A DNA stretch of 64,000 bases from Heterodontus francisci (Eukaryota): positions 71,014,964 through 71,078,963 of the forward strand of contig NC_090376.1 in the NCBI RefSeq assembly GCF_036365525.1. The letters are read 5' to 3'. Below the pieces are notes generated by a model. It saw only the letters and a program-made list of their open reading frames with translations. It was not told the DNA's origin and made no database searches. Position 1 is the stretch's first letter; each line of letters opens with the position of its first letter. The position numbers and the translations under genes were made by a program. Positions 36,069-47,688 of this stretch are shown here, in pieces.

Positions 36069-38513
36069 ACCTGGAGGAAGCACTCAACACAAATTCAGGC
36101 ACTGACCATTTAAATTAATGCTCAGAAAATGGTGTGTGATGAATGCATACCTTTCTGTAAGTAATGCCCCTTGAGCAGGGGTATGAGATGCCCCACAGGG
36201 AATACAAATTTGGAAAATTATGCTTAATATGTTCCAAGAATGCTATTTAATTTCACAAAAGTGAGATAGGAAGTGTTCAGGGCCGGCATGTTCCTGTTAG
36301 ATTGAAGGGCAAGGCTGGCAAGTTTAGGGAACCTTGGTTGACGAGGGATATTGAGGGCCTGGTCAGGACAAAGAAGGAGGCAGATGTCAGGTATAGGCAG
36401 CTGGGATCAAGTGAGTCCCTCAAGGAGTATAGGGGATGTAGGGGTACACTTAAGAAGGAAATTAGGAGGGCGAAAAGGGGCCATGAGATTTCCCTGGCAG
36501 ATAAGATAAAGGAGAATCCTAAAAGATTCTATAAGTATATTAAGAGTAAAAGGGTAGCTAAGGAGAGAGTAGGTCCCCTTAAGGATCAGTGTGGTAATCT
36601 ATGTGTGGAGCCACGGGAAATGGGCGAGGTCTTAAATGAATACTTCTCGTCTGTATTTACTGTGGAGAATGTCATGGAAGCTAATGAGTTCAAGGGACGG
36701 AACAGCAATATCCTAGAGCATATCAACAGTACAAAGGAGGAGGTGTTGGAGGTTTTGAAGTGCATTAAGGCGGATAAATCCCCAGGGCCTGACCAGGTGT
36801 ATCCTAGGATGCTATGGGAAGCAAGGGAGGAGATTGCTGGGGCCCTGGCAGAGTTTTTGTATCATCGTTAGCCACGGGTGCAGTACCAGAAGACTGGAGG
36901 ATAGCTAATGTTATGCCTTTATTTAAGAAGGGCAGCAGGGATAAGCCAGGGAACTACAGGCTGGTGAGCCTTACATCAGTGGTGGGAAAGTTACTGGAAG
37001 GGATTCTGAGAGACAGGATTTATAGGCATCTGGAACAGCGAGGTCTGATTAGGGATAATCAGCATGGCTTCGCACGAATTTGATTGAGTTTCTTGAGGAG
37101 GTGACCAAGAAGATTGACGAGGGCAGGGCGGTGGACGTTGTCTACATGGACTTTAGCAAGGCCTTTGACAAGGTCCCACATGGTAGGCTATTCCAGAAGG
37201 TTCAAACACATGGGATCCAGGGTGAGCTAGCCAATTGGATACAAAATTGGCTTGGTGATAGGAGGCAGTGGGTGGTAGTGGAGGGTTGTTTTTCAGATTG
37301 GAGGCTGGTGACCAGTCGTGTGCCGCAAGGATCGATGCTGGGCCCTGTGTTGTTTGTCATATATATTAATGACTTGGATGTGAATGTAGGGGGCATGATT
37401 AGTAAGTTTGCAGATGACACCAAAATTGGTGGTATAGTGGACAGTGACGAAGGTTGTCTAAGGTTACAACAGGATATAGATCAACTGGGAAATTGGGCAA
37501 GGGATTGGCAAATGGAATTTAACGCAGACAAGTGCGAAGTGATGCATTTTGGGAAGTTAAACCAGGGCAGGACATATACAGTGAATGGCAGGGGAGCGTT
37601 GTTGAGCAGAGAGACCTTGGGATGCAAGTACATAGTTCCCTGAAAGTGGAAACACAGGTAGACAGGGTGGTGAAGAAGGCATATGGCATGCTTGCCTTCA
37701 TCTGCCGAGGCATTGAGTACAAGAGTTGGGATGTCATGTTACAGTTGTACATGACGTTGGTTAGGCCGCATTTGGAGTACTGTGTGCAGTTCTGGTCGCT
37801 GCACTACAGGAAAGATGTGATTAAGCTAGAGAGGGTGCAGAAAAGATACACAAGGATGTTACCTGGTTTGGAGGGCTTGAGTTATAAAGAAAGATTGGAT
37901 AGGTTGGGTCTGTTTTCCCTGGAGCGAAGGAGGCTGAGAGGGGACATGATAAAGGTATATAAAATTATGAGAGGCATAGATAGGGTAGATAGTCAGAGTC
38001 TGTTTCCCATGGTAAGGGTGACTTAAAATAGAGGGCATAGATTTAAGGTGAGAGGGAGGAGGTTTAAAGGGGATCAAAGGGGTAAATTTTTCACACAAAG
38101 AGTAGTGGGTATCTGGAATGAGCTGCCAGAGGAGGTGGTGGAGGCAGGAACAGCAGCAACATTTAAGAGGCATCTGGACAAGTACTTGAATGAGCAAGGC
38201 ATAGAGGGATGTGGAATTAATGCAGGTCAGTTTCAGTGTAAGTTAAAAGTTAATTCCCTTTTGTTTTCGGAGGACCAGGGGACTGCTGGGTAAGTAAAAA
38301 CTATATATTTGGGCGGTGGCTGTACCCGAGACACTACACGTGTAGTGTCTCCCACCCACCCTCCTCCTCTAACCAAAAAAAAAGGACTCTGGTGTGTTGA
38401 TAAGTTAAGCTTTTTATTTAAAAAGTTCTGTCCGTCGGATTGCTAAGCGAACAAGTTTTGACTTTTTTTTTTTGGTTTTTCAGTAGATTTGTTGGGAATT
38501 TAGAATAGTGGGA

Positions 38514-39449
38514 ATGGAGGTTAAGGCAGTTGTATGTTCCTCCTGCAGAATGTGGGAGGTAAGGGTCGACAAGAGTGTCCCTGCTGACTGCATCTGCGGG
38601 AAGTGCACCCAACTCCAGCTCCTCGAGAACCGCATTAGGGACCTCGAGCTGGAGCTGGATGAACTTCGGATCATTCGGGAGGCGGAGGGGATTATTGAGA
38701 GGAGTTTTGGGGAGGTAGTCACACCTCAGGTAAAAGAAGTAGGTAGATGGGTTACCGTCAGGGGAAGGAGAGGGAACCAGCAGGCAGTGCAGGGATCCCC
38801 TGTGGCCGTTTCCCTCAACAACAGGTATACCGTTTTGGATACTGTTGCGGGGGACGACTTACCAGGGGTAAGCAATGGGGTACAGGTCTCTGGCACAGAG
38901 TCTGTCCCTGTTGCTCAGAAGGGAAGGGGGAAGAGGAGCAGAGCATTAGTCATTGGGGACTCCATAGTTAGGGGAACAGATAGGAGGTTCTGTGGGAACG
39001 AGAGAGACTCACGGTTGGTGTGTTGCCTCCCAGGTGCCAGGGTTCGTGATGTCTCAGATCGTGTTTTTGGGATCCTTAAGGGGGAGGGGGAGCAGCCCCA
39101 AGTCGTGGTCCACATAGGCACCAACGACATAGGGAGGAAGAGAGATGGGGATTTAAGGCAGAAATTCAGGGAGCTAGGGTGGAAGCTTAGAGTGAGAACA
39201 AACAGAGTTGTTATCTCTGGGTTGTTGCCCGTGCCATGTGATAGTGAAGCGAGGAATAGGGAGAGAGAGGAGTTGAACACGTGGCTGCAGGGATGGTGCA
39301 GGAGGGAGGGTTTTGGTTTCCTGGATAATTGGGACTCTTTCTGGGGTAGGTGGGACCTCTACAAACAGGATGGTCTTCACCTGAACCAGAGGGGTACCAA
39401 TATCCTGGGGGGGAGATTTGCTAGTGCTCTTCGGGGGGGTTTAAACTAA
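38514..39449 (+). CDS. CR1 ORF1p: zinc finger/leucine zipper plus SGNH (GDSL-like) esterase domain, intact
   Basis: CSSC..CGKC, heptad LLENRIRDLELELDEL, and esterase blocks IGDSIVR, HIGTND and DGLHL. First ATG at 38514 (the ORF track starts at GTG 38508). Confidence 0.92.
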   Translation: MEVKAVVCSSCRMWEVRVDKSVPADCICGKCTQLQLLENRIRDLELELDELRIIREAEGIIERSFGEVVTPQVKEVGRWVTVRGRRGNQQAVQGSPVAVSLNNRYTVLDTVAGDDLPGVSNGVQVSGTESVPVAQKGRGKRSRALVIGDSIVRGTDRRFCGNERDSRLVCCLPGARVRDVSDRVFGILKGEGEQPQVVVHIGTNDIGRKRDGDLRQKFRELGWKLRVRTNRVVISGLLPVPCDSEARNREREELNTWLQGWCRREGFGFLDNWDSFWGRWDLYKQDGLHLNQRGTNILGGRFASALRGGLN

Positions 39450-42330
39450 TTCAGCAGGGGAATGGGAACCTAAATTGTAGTTCCAGTGTACAGGATGTTG
39501 AGAGTAGTGAGGTCAGGGATAAGGTTACAAAGATGCAAGAGGGCACTGGCAAGCAAGGACTTGGTTTAAAGTGTGTCTACTTCAACGCCAGGAGCATCCG
39601 GAATAAGGTGGGTGAGCTTGCAGCATGGGTTGGTACCTGGGATCTCGATGTAGTGGCCATTTCGGAGACATGGGTAGAGCAGGGGCAGGAATGGATGTTG
39701 CAGGTTCCAGGATTTAGATGTTTCAGTAAGAACAGAGAAGATGGTAAAAGAGGGGGGGTGTGGCATTGTTAATCAAGGAGAGTATTACAGCATCAGAAAG
39801 GACGTTTGAGGACTCGTCTACTGAGGTAGTATGGGCCGAGGTTAGAAACAGGAGAGCAGAGGTCACCCTGTTGGGAGTCTTCTATAGACCTCCGAATAGT
39901 TCCAGAGATGTAGAGGAAAGGATAGCGAAGATGATTCTCGACAGGAGCGAGAGTAACAGGGTAGTTGTTATGGGGGACTTTAACTTTCCAAATATTGACT
40001 GGAAATACTATAGTTCGAGTACTTCAGATGGGTCAGTTTTTGTCCAGTGTGTGCAGGAGGGTTTTCTGACACAGTATGTTGACAGGCCAACCAGGGGCGA
40101 TGCCACATTGGATTTGGTACTGGGTAATGAACCCGGCCAGGTGTTAGATTTAGATGTAGGTGAGCACTTTGGTGATAGTGATCACAATTCGGTTAGGTTT
40201 ACCTTAGCGATGGGCAGGGACAGGTATATACTGCAGGGCAAGAATTATAGCTGGGGGAAAGGAAATTATGATGCGATTAGGCAAGATTTAGGATGCGTAG
40301 GATGGGGAAGGAAACTGCAGGGGATGGGCAAAATCGAAATGTGGAGCTTATTCAAGGAGCAGCTACTGCGTGTCCTTGATAAGTATGTACCTGTGAGGCA
40401 GGGAGGAAGTTGTCGAGCGAGGGAGCCGTGGTTTACTAAAGAAGTTGAAGCGCTTGTCAAAAGGAAGAAGAAGGCTTATGTTAGGATGAGACGTGAAGGC
40501 TCAGTTAGGGCGCTTGAGAGTTACAAGCTAGCCAGGAAGGATCTAAAGGGAGAGCTAAGAAGAGCAAGGAGAGGACACGAGAAGTCATTGGCGGATAGGA
40601 TCAAGGAAAACCCTAAGGCTTTCTATAGGTATATCAGGAATAAAAGAATGACTAGAGTTAGATTAGGGCCAATCAAGGATAGTAGTGGAAAGTTGTGTGT
40701 GGAATCAGAGGAGATAGGGGAAGCGTTAAATGAATATTTTTCGTCAGTATTTACAGTAGAGAAAGAAAATGTTGTCGAGGAGAATACTGAGATTCAGACT
40801 ACTAGGCGAGATGGGATTGAGGTTCACAAGGAGGAGGTGTTAGCAATTTTGGAAAGTGTGAAAATAGATAAGTCCCCTGGGCCAGATGGAATTTATCCTA
40901 GGATTCTCTAGGAAGCCAGGGAGGAGATTGCAGAGCCTTTGTCCTTGATCTTTATGTCGTCATTGTCGACAGGAATAGTGCCGGAAGACTGGAGGATAGC
41001 AAATGTTGTCCCCTTGTTCAAGAAGGGGAGTAGAGACAGCCCTGGTAATTATAGACCTGTGAGCCTTACTTCGGTTGTGGGTAAAATGTTGGAAAAGGTT
41101 ATAAGAGACAGGATTTATAATCATCTTGAAAAGAATAAGTTCATTAGCGATAGTCAGCACGGTTTTGTGAAGGGTAGGTCGTGCCTCACAAACCTTATTG
41201 AGTTTTTCGAGAAGGTGACCAAACAGGTGGATGAGGGTAAAGCAGTGGATGTGGTGTATATGGATTTCAGTAAGGCGTTTGATAAGGTTCCCCACGGTAG
41301 GCTATTGCAGAAAATACGGAAGTATGGGGTTGAAGGTGATTTAGAGCTTTGGATCAGAAATTGGCTAGCTAAAAGAAGACAGAGGGTGGTGGTTGATGGC
41401 AAATGTTCATCCTGGAGTTTAGTTACTAATGGTGTACCACAAGGATCTGTTTTGGGGCCACTGCTGTTTGTCATTTTTATAAATGACCTGGAAGAGGGTG
41501 TAGAAGGGTGGGTTAGTAAATTTGCGGATGACACGAAGGTCAGTGGAGTTGTGGATAGTGCCGAAGGATGTTGTAGGGTACAGAGGGACATAGATAGGCT
41601 GCAGAGCTGGGCTGAGAGATGGCAAATGGAGTTTAATGCGGAAAAGTGTGAGGTGATTCACTCTGGAAGGAGTAACAGGAATGCAGAGTACTGGGCTAAT
41701 GGGAAGATTCTTGGTAGTGTAGATGAACAGAGAGATCTTGGTGTCCAGGTACATAAATCCCTGAAAGTTGCTACCCAGGTTAATAGGGCTGTTAAGAAGG
41801 CATATGGTGTGTTAGCTTTTATTAGTAGGGGGATCGAGTTTTGGAGCCACGAGGTCATGCTGCAGCTGTACAAAACTCTGGTGAGGCCGCACCTGGAGTA
41901 TTGCATGCAGTTCTGGTCACCGCATTATAGGAAGGATGTGGAAGCTTTGGAAAGGGTGCAGAGGAGATTTACTAGGATGTTGCCTGGTATGGAGGGAAGG
42001 TCTTACGAGGAAAGGCTGAGGGACGTGAGGTTGTTTTCGTTGGAGAGGAGGAGGAGGAGAGGTGACTTAATAGAGACATATAAGATAATCAGAGGGTTAG
42101 ATAGGGTGGATAGTGAGAGTCTTTTTCCTCGGACGGTGATGGCAAACACGAGGGGACATAGCTTTAAGTTGAGGGGTGATAGATATAGGACAGATGTTAG
42201 AGGTAGTTTCTTTACTCAGAGAGTAGTAAGGGCGTGGAACGCCCTGCCTGCAACAGTAGTAGACTCGCCAACTTTAAGGGCATTTAAGTGCTCATTGGAT
42301 AGACATATGGATGAAAATGGAATAGTGTAG
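39425..42330 (+). pseudogene. CR1 ORF2 (APE endonuclease plus reverse transcriptase), two lesions
   Basis: Endonuclease motifs FNARS, ISETW, MGDFN and SDHN; RT motifs QGSVLGP and FADD. Frameshift in the G7 run at 39752-39758 and TAG at 40909-40911 where the related copy at 36255 has TGG. Confidence 0.93.
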
Positions 42331-43024
42331 GTCAGATGGTTTCACAGGTCGGCGCAACATCGAGGGCCGAAGGGGCTGTACTGCGCTGTAATGTTCTAAT
42401 GTTCTAAAAGACAGGTGGGATTAGTATAGATAAGCATTATGGTCGGCACGGACGCGGTGGGCCGAAGGGCCTGTTTCTATGCTGTATGACTCTATGACTC
42501 TAAAAATTAACATGTTTATGTTTATAGTCAATCTTTCTTTAGTCGTTGGAAGAACACTTGTTGCAAATACTTCAGCTGGTCCTGAATAATTGGGTGGTGT
42601 AATATCATCTAGGAACACGACAGAACAACGAGCCCATTATTCATAAGGTACTGGAACACAGCTGGGGCACTGCACAGCTCAAATAGTAGTAACTTGAAGT
42701 GGAACAACCTTCCGCTGGATTGAAAAGACATCTTGGACATGCGCTCAATATACTGGAGACTGCCTGGAAACCTTTAGAAAGGGAAGAAAGCGGCAATGAG
42801 AATGGTAGAGGGAAGACCTCGAGTGGCCCCACGGTTCAGTGATGCCTCCATGCATGTTCTCCTCCAGGCTGCAAGGGCAAGGTGGGAGGTCTTCTTTCCC
42901 GCAGATAGGAGGAGAAGACTGGCCCACCTGACCAAGCAAGCTTTGATGGAGAGAGCAGAGGAGATCAGCAGCTGTGGTGTCTAATGATGGCCATGAAACC
43001 ATTGTCAATTGTTGTAAAAAAAAA

Positions 43025-43737
43025 TCTGCCTCTCACAGATGCATCTGTCCATGACAGTATTGGTAGGAGTGACCACAGCACAGTCATTGTGGAGACGAAG
43101 TCCTGTCTTCACATTGAGGATACCCTCCAATCGTGTTGTGTGGCACTACCACTGTGCTAAATAGGATAGATTTTGAACAGATCTAGCAATGCAAAACTGG
43201 GCATCCATGAGGTGCTGTAGGACATCAGCAGCAAAATTGTACTCAACCACAATCTGTAACCTCATGGCACGGCACATTCCCCACTCTACCATTACCATCA
43301 AGATGGAGGATCAACCCTGGTTCAATGAAGAGTGCAGGAGGGCATGCCAGGAGCAACACCAGGCATTGGTGTCTACCTGGTGAAACTACATCCCAGGACT
43401 ACTTGCATGCCAAACCGCGTAAGCAGCATGCGATACAGCTAAGCAATCCCACAACCAACGGATCAGATTTAAGCTCTGTAGTCCTGCCACATCCAGTTGT
43501 GAATGGTGGTAGACAATTAAAGAACTAACTGGAGGAGGTGGCTCCACAAATATCCCCATCCTCAATGATGGGGAAGCCAGCACATTAGTGCAAGAGATAA
43601 GGCTGAAGCATTTGCAACAATCTTCAGCCAGAAACGCCGAGTGGATGATCCATCTCAGCCTCTTCCTGAAGTCCCCAGCATCACAGCCAATTCCATGTGA
43701 TGTCAAGAAACGACTGAAGGCACTGGATACTGCAAAG
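43025..43737 (+). mobile_element. CR1/L2-group LINE (family B) internal fragment
   Basis: SDHSTV, DQPWFNEECRRAC; overlaps 24914-25160 in sequence. Confidence 0.8.
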
Positions 43738-45484
43738 GTTAAATAAATGAATTTTTAAAAAAACGAACCTAGATCAAGAGCTGCAAGTGCGTCAATAACC
43801 TTAATCATTCTGCCAAGGTGAGCACTCCATACCTCTTTTCCCTTTGGGGCTTGCACAAGTCCCATGAGAGGGTGAGTTTGGTGGAGAGGGAATGACCACT
43901 TAGTCAGTGACAAAGGGGACAGGTAACAACATATCCTGTCAGAGGCATAGCTACATCTCAGTGAGAGGTGTTCATCTGTGATTGCTGACTACCACAAGGT
44001 CCCTCGAGAGTGGCTGCATGCAGGAGACATTTGTTTGGCCCCATCATGGACGGCTGGGCTACCGTCAGCATACGTGTTGTGCTTGACATCACAGGAAGAC
44101 TAACAGTGTTCATCTTTCTCCTTATAGGACAAGACACTTTAAGGAATGGGTCAAGACCGGCAGAGGGTCCCATACCTGCCCATCCTAATCCCCATGGAGG
44201 AGGAGGCATTACAACTGGCATGGCAGCATGGTGCCTGCTCCATCGCAGATGGTGCAACAGGAGTGCACACCCAAGAGAGTAAGTGGCTGAGTGCAGAGGC
44301 ACAAGGGAGCCTCTGGCACACGCAAGTTAAAGTGTTCATGTGCCACCATTAGACACATGGAGCTCCACACCAGGATAGCTGGAAGGACGCAATGGGAGTG
44401 AATAACATTTTAATCTATCTGTTCTTTCATGCAAGTCAGGCTGAAGAGCAGAGAGCTGCAGTCACTGGGGGGCAGCCAGCGAGGAGGGGATGGGGACCTC
44501 GATGCACCATCACATCATTCCCCCACACCCTCCACCAGCGCAGGTACTCTCACATCAGTGGGTATCCGGGGTTCGGGAACACAACCTGATGAGCACATCA
44601 CAGACTCGCTCAAACAGCTGACAGAGGTTGTGACAGCCCAGGCCACTGAGAGTCGGAGTCCTGTGGGAGGCCAGACTGATGCTGGGCCCCAGTTTGATGA
44701 CATGCCTCTGGAGTCATTGGCAACACAGCACCTGCTGGAGCTGCAGTGTTATGTAAGAGAAAATCTGGTGATTGTAGAGGCAATGCGCAACCATGCATGG
44801 ATGATTGTGGAGTCCATCCAGGCCATGTGTGCTGCCATGTCTCTGATGGATGCACACTTGGCTTTCTCCATCAAGTGATTGGTGACCTTCATGGAGAACC
44901 AGATCCAGCAAACCACTGAGTAGATGCCAGAGATGCACACAGACCTCATGCCATCAACTTACCAATGAGCTCTGTGCAGCATTGGCTGGGCGAGAGGGGG
45001 TCGAGGCACCTGGATTCTCCACCAGGTCCTCGCACTTCTCAGGTCAGCAGGGAGGAGCAAGTGTGCCTTGCAGGGGAAGAGGAGCGGATGCCTGATGCAT
45101 CTGTGGCTCCTCTCAGAACAGCTCGTCAGCCTGTCTGCCAGTGAAACCAGTGCCTCAAGTAGCTACAAAAACAGAGGAGGGTCCTGCCAGGGCCTGCAGG
45201 CCTCAGGCAGCCAGAGGACAGTCGCCAAGATCATCCCAAGCCACGAGGCAGCAAGTTCAGTAGCCTGCCTCCATCTCAGCTGTAATTGCCGGGGGAGCAC
45301 CACCTCGGAGCACTCGTAAGAAATTTAAGAGCACCTAGCTGCACTTGGGGTTCACAGGTGAAGAGTGTCAAACTGTGAAGCCTCACATTTGTTGTTGTGT
45401 TAAATAAAGGATTAATGTGTTGGCGCTACATCTCCTTCCATTTTTTGCATCCCTTTGGGACTTCAGTTATACCCTGCCTCCCTC

Positions 45485-47688
45485 AAGAACAAAGAACAAA
45501 GAACAGTACAGCACAGGAACAGGCCATTTGGCCCTCCAAGCCTGCGCCGATCTTGATGCCTGCCTAAACTAAAACCTTCTGCACTTCCGGGGTCCGTATC
45601 CCTTTATTCCCATCCTATTCATGTATTTGTCAAGATGCCTCTTAAACGTCTCTATGGTACCTGCTTCCACCACCTCCCCCGGCAACGTTCCAGGCACTCA
45701 CCACCCTCTGTATAAAGAACTTGCTTCGCACATCCCCTCTAAACTTTGCCCCTCTCACCTTAAACCTATGTCCCCTAGTAACTGACTCTTCCACCCTGGG
45801 AAAAAGCTTCTGACTATCCACTCTGTCCATGCCGCTTATAACTTTGTAAACCTCTATCATGTTGCCCCTCCACCTCCGACGTTCCAGTGAAAACAATCCG
45901 AGTTTATCCAACCTCTCCTCATAGCTAATGCCCTCCATACCAGGCAACATCCTGGTAAGCCTCTTCTGTACCCTCTCCAAAGCCTCCACGTCCTTCTGGT
46001 AGTGTGGCGACCAGAATTGCATGCAATATTCTAAGTGTGGCCTAACTAAAGTTCTGTACAGCTGCAGCATGACTTGCCAATTTTTATACTCTATGCCCCG
46101 ACCGATGAAGGCAAGCATACCGTATGCCTTCTTGACTACCTTATCCACCTGCATTGCCACTTTCGGTGACCTGTGGACCTGTACGTCCAGATCTCTCTGC
46201 CTGTCAATACTCCTAAGGGTTCTGTCATTTACTGTATACTTCCCACCTTTATTAGACCTTCCAAAATGCATTACCTCACATTTGTCCGGATTAAACTCCA
46301 TCTGCCATTTCTCTGCCCAGGTCTCCAACCGATCTATATCCTGCTGTATCCTCTGACAATCCTTATCACTGTCCGCAACTCCACCAGCCTTTGTGTCGTC
46401 CGCAAACTTACTGATCAGACCAGCTACATTTTCCTCCAAATCATTTATATATACTACAAACAGCAAAGGTCCCAGCACTGATCCCTGCGGAACACCACTA
46501 GTCACATCCCTCTATTCAGAAAAGCACCCTTCCACTGCTACCCTCTGTCTTCTATGACAGAGCCAGTTCTGTATCCATCTTGCCAGCTCCCCTCTGATCC
46601 CATGTGACTTCACCTTTTGTATCAGTCTGCCATGAGGGACCTTGTCAAAGGCTTTACTGAAGTCCATATAGATAACATCCACTGCCCTTCCTTCATCAAT
46701 CGTCTTCGTCACTTCCTCAAAAAACTCAATCAAATTAGTGAGACACGACCTCCCCTTCACAAAACCATGCTGCCTCTCGCTAATAAGTCCATTTGTTTCC
46801 AAATGGGAGTAAATCCTGTCCCGAAGAATCCTCTCTAATAATTTCCCTCCCACTGACGTAAGACTCACCGGCCTATAATTTCCTGGATTATCCTTGCTAC
46901 CCTTCTTAAACAAAGGAACAACATTGGCTATTCTCCAGTCCTCTGGGACCTCACCTGTAGCCAATGAGGATGCAAAGATTTCTGTCAAGGCCACAGCAAT
47001 TTCTTTCCTTGCCTCCCTCAGTATTCTGGGGTAGATCCCATCAGGCCCTGGGGACTTATCTACCTTAATGCTTTGCAAGACACCCAACACCTCCTCCTTT
47101 TTGATAATGAGATGACTGAGACTATCTACACTCCCTTCCCTAGGCTCATCATCCACCAAGTCCTTCTCCTTGGTGAATACTGATGCAAAGTACTCATTTA
47201 GTACCTCACCCATTTCCTCTGACTCCACACATAGATTCCCTTCTCTGTCCTTGAGTGGGCCAACCCTTTCCCTGGTTACCCTCTTGCTCTTTATATACGT
47301 ATAAAAAGCCTTGGGATTTTCCTTAATCCTGTTTGCCAATGACTTCTCATAACCCCTTTTAGCCCTCCTGACTCCTTGCTTAAGTCCCCTCCTACTGTCT
47401 TTATATTCCTCAAGGGATTCGTCTGTTCCTAGCCTTCCAGCCCTTACGAATGCTTCCTTTTTCTTTTTGATGAAGCTCACAATACCCCGCGTTATCCAAG
47501 GTTCCCGAAACTTGCCAAACTTATCCTTCTTCCTCACAGGAACATGCTGGTCCTGGATTCTAATCAACTGACATTTGAAAGACTCCCACATGTCAGATGT
47601 TGATTTACCCTCAAACAGCCGCCCCCAATCTAAATTCTTCAATTCATGCCTAATATTGTTATAATTAGCCTTCCCCCAATTTAGCACC
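45485..47688 (-). mobile_element. 5'-truncated CR1 LINE
   Basis: ORFs 46512-47688 and 45642-46505 with RT motifs. (TTCTTTG)n tail at 45485-45504. Confidence 0.92.

Larger units (their letters stand above)
38228..42406 (+). mobile_element. Near full-length CR1 LINE (5' UTR, ORF1, ORF2, 3' UTR with (TAATGTTC)n tail)
   Basis: Intact ORF1; ORF2 has only one 1-nt deletion and one nonsense codon. CAGGT flanks both sides (38223-38227, 42412-42416). Confidence 0.95.
36255..42502 (+). mobile_element. 5'-truncated CR1 (HER1-like) LINE: body 36255-38227, 3' UTR remainder 42412-42502, split by a younger CR1
   Basis: ORF2 pieces 36302-38293 (KSPGPD, YMDFSKAFDKVPH, KFADDTK, VRPHLEYC). Tail GGGCCGAAGGGCCTGTTTCTATGCTGTATGACTCTATGACTCTA. 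Confidence 0.9.

Noticed and set aside
38311-38410. HDV-like ribozyme in the CR1 5' UTR
   Set aside because: I could not thread the P1-P2-P3-L3-P1.1-P4 order. Only a simple palindromic stem is evident.
41154-41906. Recurrent antisense ORFs over CR1 RT regions
   Set aside because: They are antisense shadows of the RT coding sequence, fragmented differently in each copy, with no independent evidence of function.
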